Positions 58,998-64,000 of a stretch of DNA of 64,000 nucleotides are shown piece after piece. Every line of letters begins with the position of its first letter. Within the stretch, counting starts at the first letter, position 1. Under the pieces are notes generated by a model, which ran no database searches, was not told the DNA's origin, and saw nothing but the letters and a program-made list of their open reading frames with translations. Made by a program: the position numbers and the translations under genes. Source of the DNA: Rhodothermus sp. (lineage in GTDB: Bacteria > Bacteroidota > Rhodothermia > Rhodothermales > Rhodothermaceae); contig WFPM01000014.1 of NCBI GenBank assembly GCA_015487635.1, positions 407-64,406 of the forward strand, read 5' to 3'.

Positions 58998-60311
58998 ATG
59001 TGGCCCCTGCTGCTGTGGCTGATGCTGCTGCCGATGCCGGCTCAGACGCCCACGCCGGTGGTTTACCGACTGGCGCTGGAGGACGAGCCGATCACGCCGG
59101 CGACCGTTCGGTTCATCCGGCGCGGGTTACGCGAGGCCACGGAAAACGGGGCGGTCTGCCTCGTCATCGAAATGGACACGCCGGGCGGGCTCGTCGAGGC
59201 CACGCGTGACATTGTGCAACTTTTCCTGCGGAGTCCGATCCCGGTCGTCGTCTACGTGACGCCGCCGGGCGCGCGGGCGGCCTCGGCCGGGGTGTTCATC
59301 ACGCTGGCCGCACACGTGGCGGCCATGGCCCCGGGCACGCACATTGGCGCAGCCCACCCTGTGCAGCTCGGAGGGGGCCCGACGGCACCGCCCGACACGG
59401 CCCGCGTCGATCCCATGTCGGAGAAGATCCTGAACGATGCAGTGGCCTGGGCGCGGGCGCTGGCCCAGTACCGGGGACGCAACGCCGACTGGGCGGCACG
59501 GGCCGTGTCGGAAAGCCAGACGCTGACGGCGCAGGAGGCCGTGGCACAGCACGTCGTCGATCTGCTGGCGCCCTCGCTGGACTCGCTGCTGGTGCTGCTG
59601 GACGGCCGGAAGGTGGCGCCCGACGGCCAGACCGTGACGCTGCAGACGGCCGGGGCCACCGTGCGCACGATCGAGCGCTGGTGGGGCGAGCGCATCCTGG
59701 CAGCGCTCTCCAACCCGAACATCGCCTTCCTGCTGCTGATGCTGGGCTTCTACGGGCTGCTGTTCGAGCTCTACACGCCTGGCTGGGGCATTCCCGGCAC
59801 GCTGGGCGCTATCTTTTTGATGCTGGGCTTCTACGGCCTTTCCATCCTGCCGGTCAACTACGTCGGGCTGGCCCTGCTGGCGCTGGGCCTGGGCATGCTC
59901 GTGGCCGAAGCCTTTGTGCCCAGTTTCGGCCTGCTGACCGTAGGGGGCGTCGTGTGCCTGATTTTGGGCGGGTTGATGCTTGTGGAAAGTCCGATGGGCT
60001 TTCCGAAGGTTTCGGCTGCCCTGGTGGTGCCGGTCGCACTGGCCACGGCACTGATCGCGTTGTTTCTGCTGGGCAACATGCTGCGCATACAACGCCGGCC
60101 AGCCCGCATGGGCGATGCAACGCTGATCGGCCAGCAGGCCGTGGCGCGCGAAGACTTCACGTCGGAAGGCGACCACTTTCAAGGGTATGTTTTTATCCAT
60201 GGCGAGTGGTGGCGGGCCTGCAGTGCGGTGCCGGTGCGGGCCGGCCAGCCCGTCCGCATCGAGCGCCGGGAAGGCCTCTGTCTCTGGGTTTCACCGATTG
60301 CGTCCACCTGA
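58998..60311 (+). CDS. nfeD: NfeD-family membrane-bound ClpP-class serine protease
   Basis: 437 aa. A signal is followed by a ClpP-like domain (ASAGVFITLAAHVAAMAPGTHIGAAHPV), multiple TM helices and a C-terminal OB-like NfeD domain. It lies upstream of a stomatin gene. Confidence 0.85.
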   Translation: MWPLLLWLMLLPMPAQTPTPVVYRLALEDEPITPATVRFIRRGLREATENGAVCLVIEMDTPGGLVEATRDIVQLFLRSPIPVVVYVTPPGARAASAGVFITLAAHVAAMAPGTHIGAAHPVQLGGGPTAPPDTARVDPMSEKILNDAVAWARALAQYRGRNADWAARAVSESQTLTAQEAVAQHVVDLLAPSLDSLLVLLDGRKVAPDGQTVTLQTAGATVRTIERWWGERILAALSNPNIAFLLLMLGFYGLLFELYTPGWGIPGTLGAIFLMLGFYGLSILPVNYVGLALLALGLGMLVAEAFVPSFGLLTVGGVVCLILGGLMLVESPMGFPKVSAALVVPVALATALIALFLLGNMLRIQRRPARMGDATLIGQQAVAREDFTSEGDHFQGYVFIHGEWWRACSAVPVRAGQPVRIERREGLCLWVSPIAST

Positions 60312-60335
60312 AAACCAACCAGCGGAGGTGCGGCC

Positions 60336-61100
60336 ATGCTTTCGTCGACAGGCATCGTCATCGGGCTGATTGTGCTGTATTTCATCAGCTGCATTCGCAT
60401 TCTGTACGAGTATCAGCGCGGGGTCATCTTCCGCATGGGCCGGGTCCTCCCCGAGCCGAAGGGCCCGGGCATCGTGCTGGTGTTCTGGCCGATCGATCGT
60501 ATGGTGCGCGTCAGTCTGCGCACGTTCGTACACGACGTGCCCGAGCAGGACGTGATCACGCGCGACAACGTGTCGGTACGCGTGAACGCCGTCGTCTACT
60601 TTCGCGTGATCGACCCCATGAGGGCCGTGCTGGAGGTGGAAGATTACCGCTATGCCACCACCCAACTCTCGCAGACTTCACTGCGCAGCATCGTGGGCCA
60701 AGTAGAACTGGACGAGCTGCTGGCCGAGCGCGAAAAGATCAATCGCCGGTTGCAGGAAGTTATCGACCAGCAGTCGGATCCCTGGGGCATCAAGGTGTCG
60801 CTGGTGGAAGTCAAGCACGTGGACCTGCCTGAGCACATGAAGCGGGCCATGGCCAAGCAGGCCGAAAGCGAGCGGGAACGTCGGGCCAAGGTGATTCACG
60901 CGCAGGGCGAATTGCAGGCGGCCGAGCAACTGGCCCAGGCAGCCGCCATGCTTGAGGCGCACCCCATGGCCATGCAGATGCGCTTTCTGCAGACGCTGGT
61001 AGAAGTGGGCTCGGAGAACAACACGACGATCGTCTTCCCGATCCCGCTGGAGCTGATTCGCCCGCTACTGGAGCCGGAACAACGACGTAAACAGAGCTGA
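60336..61100 (+). CDS. SPFH/band-7 (stomatin-like) protein
   Basis: 254 aa. An N-terminal TM helix is followed by [11 protein letters not shown]...[17 protein letters not shown] and a coiled-coil with [15 protein letters not shown]. Confidence 0.88.
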   Translation: MLSSTGIVIGLIVLYFISCIRILYEYQRGVIFRMGRVLPEPKGPGIVLVFWPIDRMVRVSLRTFVHDVPEQDVITRDNVSVRVNAVVYFRVIDPMRAVLEVEDYRYATTQLSQTSLRSIVGQVELDELLAEREKINRRLQEVIDQQSDPWGIKVSLVEVKHVDLPEHMKRAMAKQAESERERRAKVIHAQGELQAAEQLAQAAAMLEAHPMAMQMRFLQTLVEVGSENNTTIVFPIPLELIRPLLEPEQRRKQS

Positions 61101-61267
61101 ACACAAAAAAGTCCGGACCGATGCCGGGCCGGCGCCGCTCGTGTGAGGCTTTGCGAACCTTCAAGGACGAACTGGAGATAGAAGTGATAAGGGGCAAGGG
61201 GCACCCTCAAGAAATTAAAGTCGTTGCCTCGTGAGATTATTCTTTTGAAGATAAACCTCCTCTGAGC

Positions 61268-61333
61268 TTGACTTTTAATGTATTTCTGTGTATTATATTG
61301 TATAATATTGGACACACGAAGGAGGCAATATAG
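61268..61333 (+). promoter_or_regulatory. Near-consensus sigma70 promoter and strong Shine-Dalgarno for the nuclease-fusion gene
   Basis: TTGACT (61268-61273), a 17-nt spacer, then TATTAT (61291-61296). A second TATAAT lies at 61301-61306. GAAGGAGG at 61319-61326 ends 7 nt before the ATG at 61334. Confidence 0.6.
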
Positions 61334-62845
61334 ATGAGTGGTCGTAAATGGAAATTAAACCAAGAAGAGGAAGAGAAGATAAAAGAATATTTGTTGCACC
61401 AAGGAGGAGAAGAAAAGGAAGCAAAAAATATCTCCGAAAAATGGAGAATAAAGTTTTCCGATAGCACATTTACTTTTTATACAAGCGGTACCCTTTACAG
61501 TACTCCATCAAATTCTCAAGATCCGGCTGTGGAAGAGGTATGGGATTATATTGACTCTCTGGTTGGTTCTGTCTTTGTTCAGCCTACAAGAGAATTTTTA
61601 ATAGGATTAGATGAGACTGGAAAAGGTGAACTTGTTGGACACACTCATCTTGTGGGTGTAATTATTCCCAGCCATCTTTTTTCACAGTTAGAGAAGATAG
61701 TTTCTACGGCAGATACAAAGAAAGCACACTCTTTTGAGTATTGGGATAATATTTTCAAAAAAATTTCGCAATTCATCGGCGACGGTTTAGAGTACATAGA
61801 AGAAAAAATACCCCCTTGGCATGTGGACAGGTACAACCTTAATAAAATCATGGATGTTGTTTATCAGCGTATCTTGGCTTCATTTTTCAGAAGAGCTGGT
61901 GTTGGAAAGTGCAGAATAGTGATTGATGATTACGGCATAGGACCTACCCTTAAGCGCTTCCTTAACTTTTTAGAAAGACAGAGAGCTGAAGTTGTTATCG
62001 CCCAAAAATCAGATGATACATATTTAGAAGCAAGAGTCGCTTCTATAATTGCGAAGAGAAACAGAGAAGCGGTAATAAAAGCTATAAATGAAAACGAGGA
62101 TTACAAAATAGATGGAATTTCGATAGGTTCTGGAAATGCAGGGAATAAACAAACCTTAGAATGGCTTGAAAAATGGCATAGTTCAGGGAAAGAATGGCCA
62201 TGGTTTATAAAACGGTCTTTCTCAACAATTAGAAAAATTGAGAGACTCAGGGGGAAAGCGAAAAAAATTATTCCTCCAATTAGAGATAATCTTCTGTCAG
62301 AAGACTTTAAAAGAGAGTTAGATTTAGGAAAGTTGAATATAAGAGCTCTATCAGTAGTTTGTCCTTCATGTGGGACAACCTCTAAAGCAGTTCTTTTCAC
62401 ATCTGGAGAAAGGGGATTTACAGCGAGATGCCCGAGTTGCAGAAAACCTATTGAAGATTTGAATTTCACTTTGAGGTACTATTGTGGCTTTATTGTGCCA
62501 GACAGCAATGTGATTAATAGAGGCTTGCTGGGAAGGGATTTAGAAAAAAGTAAATTCTTTGAAGATTTTACCATTCTAATCCCTGCTGTTGTTAGATATG
62601 AATGTGACACCAAAGGTGGTAAAAAGGAGTTTGAAAGACTGGGAAGGTTTGCATCCATTAGCAGAATTAAACTTAAAGAAGTTGAAGAGTTTAATCCTTC
62701 TAAATTTCAAGAAATGACTTCGCAAGAGCGAGATGAGTTAATTATGAAGACATGTATTGAAGAAAATGCCGTCCTTCTTTCGGCTGACAATCAGGTTAAA
62801 GGGGTTGCTGTGGCAAAAAATATTTTTACTATTTTTGTACCATAG
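61334..62845 (+). CDS. Multidomain nuclease: RNase HIII-type N-terminal domain + type 2 RNase H (RNase HII-like) core + CxxC...CxxC zinc ribbon + PIN domain. I do not recognise this architecture.
   Basis: 503 aa.
- aa 37-60: WRIKFSDSTFTFYTSGTLYSTP resembles the RNase HIII N-domain (...TxYxSGKvlfQG).
- aa 90-300: IGLDETGKG, ADTKK, IVIDDYG, KSDDTYLEARVASIIAKRNRE and IGSGNAGNKQTLEWLEKW align motif-for-motif with archaeal-type RNase HII (DEAGRG, DSKK, DAxD, KADxxxxxVSAASIxAKxxRD, GSGYPSDxxTxxFL).
- aa 343-369: CPSC-x21-CPSC.
- aa 385-503: IVPDSNVI, RYECD, ERDELI and LLSADNQVKGVA fit the four acidic positions of a PIN domain. Confidence 0.8.
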   Translation: MSGRKWKLNQEEEEKIKEYLLHQGGEEKEAKNISEKWRIKFSDSTFTFYTSGTLYSTPSNSQDPAVEEVWDYIDSLVGSVFVQPTREFLIGLDETGKGELVGHTHLVGVIIPSHLFSQLEKIVSTADTKKAHSFEYWDNIFKKISQFIGDGLEYIEEKIPPWHVDRYNLNKIMDVVYQRILASFFRRAGVGKCRIVIDDYGIGPTLKRFLNFLERQRAEVVIAQKSDDTYLEARVASIIAKRNREAVIKAINENEDYKIDGISIGSGNAGNKQTLEWLEKWHSSGKEWPWFIKRSFSTIRKIERLRGKAKKIIPPIRDNLLSEDFKRELDLGKLNIRALSVVCPSCGTTSKAVLFTSGERGFTARCPSCRKPIEDLNFTLRYYCGFIVPDSNVINRGLLGRDLEKSKFFEDFTILIPAVVRYECDTKGGKKEFERLGRFASISRIKLKEVEEFNPSKFQEMTSQERDELIMKTCIEENAVLLSADNQVKGVAVAKNIFTIFVP

Positions 62846-62874
62846 CTAACATAAGATGGTGAGAAAAAAAGAAA

Positions 62875-63912
62875 ATGGAGGAATTTAGAAAATGTGGACT
62901 TTACATAAGGGTTTCCACTGAAAGGCAAGCTGTAGAAGGGGAATCCCTTGACGAGGAGGAAGAAAGGCTAAGGAGGTTTTGCAGGGTTAGAAACTGGAGG
63001 GTAATAAAAGTCTATAGAGAGGAAGGAAAATCCGCTAAGGATACAAACAGACCAGCATTTAAGGAGCTTTTAAGGGGTGTAGAAAATGGCTTAATAGACA
63101 CTCTCGTTGTTAAAAAGCTTGATAGACTCTCCCGCTCAATCGTTGACTTTGAGAAGATTTACAACTTCCTGCAAAACCATCATGTTGATCTTGTTTCTCT
63201 GCACGAAAACTTTGATACCACGACTGCTATCGGCAGAGCTGTAGTCAGGATAGTTATGGTGTTCGCTCAGCTTGAAAGGGAGCAGACGGCGGAGAGAACC
63301 CTTGATGTGATGGAGCACAGGGCAAGGGAAGGTTTGTGGAACGGTGGCTACCCTCCGTTAGGCTACGATTTAAAAGATGGAAAACTGATTGTTAACCCAG
63401 AAGAGGCCAGAGTCGTTAAACTTATTTTTGAGAAATACCTCGAGTTTGCCTCATATACCAGAGTTGCCAAGTGGTTGAATGAACACGGTTACAAAACAAA
63501 AGAGTTTATCAGCCGTAGAGGTAAAAAGCAGGGTGGAAGCGATTTTACTGATACCTATATAGCAAGAGTCTTAAAACATCCGGTTTACATAGGCAAAATC
63601 AAGTACAAGGGGAAGTTATACGAGGGACAGCATACCCCGATAATTGACGAAGAAACCTTCAACTTGGTTCAGGAAATCATCAAATGTAATTACAAAAGAA
63701 CCAGTAGCGTCAAAAGGCAAATTAAACACAACTTCTTGCTTGAGGGACTTTTAAAGTGTGGTGTTTGTGGTGCTTTTATGACGCCGACATGGGCCAAATC
63801 GAAGGGGAGAAGGTATTTCTATTACGAGTGCACTACCAATCAGCACAAAGGAAGGGGAACCTGTGAAGGCGGAAGCGTCAGAGCTGACCTTATAGAAAAT
63901 TTAGTTTGGTGA
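62875..63912 (+). CDS. Large serine recombinase, apparently C-terminally truncated
   Basis: Resolvase catalytic domain (YIRVSTERQ, DTLVVKKLDRLSRS). Recombinase domain (GGYPPLGYDL...EEARVVKLIFEKY). Zinc-ribbon motif (CGVCG...YYEC...C). The ORF stops at 345 aa, right after the zinc ribbon, so it has no coiled-coil/C-terminal region. Confidence 0.82.
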   Translation: MEEFRKCGLYIRVSTERQAVEGESLDEEEERLRRFCRVRNWRVIKVYREEGKSAKDTNRPAFKELLRGVENGLIDTLVVKKLDRLSRSIVDFEKIYNFLQNHHVDLVSLHENFDTTTAIGRAVVRIVMVFAQLEREQTAERTLDVMEHRAREGLWNGGYPPLGYDLKDGKLIVNPEEARVVKLIFEKYLEFASYTRVAKWLNEHGYKTKEFISRRGKKQGGSDFTDTYIARVLKHPVYIGKIKYKGKLYEGQHTPIIDEETFNLVQEIIKCNYKRTSSVKRQIKHNFLLEGLLKCGVCGAFMTPTWAKSKGRRYFYYECTTNQHKGRGTCEGGSVRADLIENLVW

Positions 63913-63916
63913 TTGC

Positions 63917-64000
63917 TCAATTCATTCCACCTTTTAGCACTTCCAGCAGTTTCTCAAACAAATCCTCCTTCCGATGATTGTACCGAAACTCCAGCTCCTT
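63917..64000 (-). mobile_element. 3' end of an IS1595-family (ISXO2-like) transposase gene, partial at the window edge
   Basis: The minus-strand translation reads KELEFRYNHRKEDLFEKLLEVLKGGMN-stop. The E-x-RYN-x-R...L...LL tail is recalled from IS1595-type DDE transposases. Only 27 codons are visible. Confidence 0.4.

Larger units (their letters stand above)
61200..64000. mobile_element. Compositionally foreign low-GC islet carrying a nuclease-fusion gene, a serine recombinase and an IS1595-like fragment. It continues past the window end.
   Basis: G+C drops abruptly between about 61150 and 61210. A hand count gives 19 G+C in the first 60 nt of the 61334 ORF, against 35 of 60 in a sample at 60961-61020. 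Arg codons are mostly AGA/AGG, versus CGC/CGG in the rest of the window. Recombinase and transposase genes are present. Confidence 0.65.

Noticed and set aside
61189-61202. Tandem AAGGGGC AAGGGGC at the GC-to-AT transition as a recombinase att core
   Set aside because: It is too short, no matching copy is visible elsewhere in the window, and the right end of the islet is outside the window. No call is possible.

Overview
This 64-kb window is a high-GC chromosomal segment, about 58-65% G+C in hand-counted samples. The organism looks like a Bacteroidota/Rhodothermota-type thermophile: there is a SusC/SusD locus and the gene content resembles Rhodothermus, but the taxon cannot be verified without a search.

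Most of the window is ordinary core genome:
- a nitrate-assimilation operon (narK, nirA, flavodoxin, FAD/NADPH reductase, nasA fusion)
- an oxidative-stress block (heme catalase, divergent oxyR, Mn-catalase)
- a chemoreceptor and mgtE
- a LacI / GMC-oxidoreductase pair
- a GlcNAc/chitooligosaccharide utilisation locus (nagB-LmbE fusion, SusC/SusD, GH20)
- a small toxin-antitoxin pair embedded in hairpin repeats
- fabG-fabD-fabH-plsX-rpmF-yceD
- the replication origin with dnaA-dnaN
- rplM-rpsI-rpsB-tsf-pyrH-frr, tRNA-Ser, yicC-gmk-coaBC-udg-dnaB, tRNA-Cys and nfeD-stomatin

The last ~2.8 kb (about 61.2 kb to the window end) is compositionally foreign. It is about one-third G+C and uses mostly AGA/AGG for arginine. 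It carries:
- a strong sigma70-type promoter
- a 503-aa protein that fuses an RNase HIII-type N-domain, a type 2 RNase H core, a zinc ribbon and a PIN domain
- a large serine recombinase that appears C-terminally truncated
- the 3' end of a converging IS1595-like transposase

The nuclease fusion on this islet is my best candidate for an undescribed system.

No CRISPR array or rRNA was seen. All calls rest on reading the sequence and on motifs recalled from memory; no searches were run.
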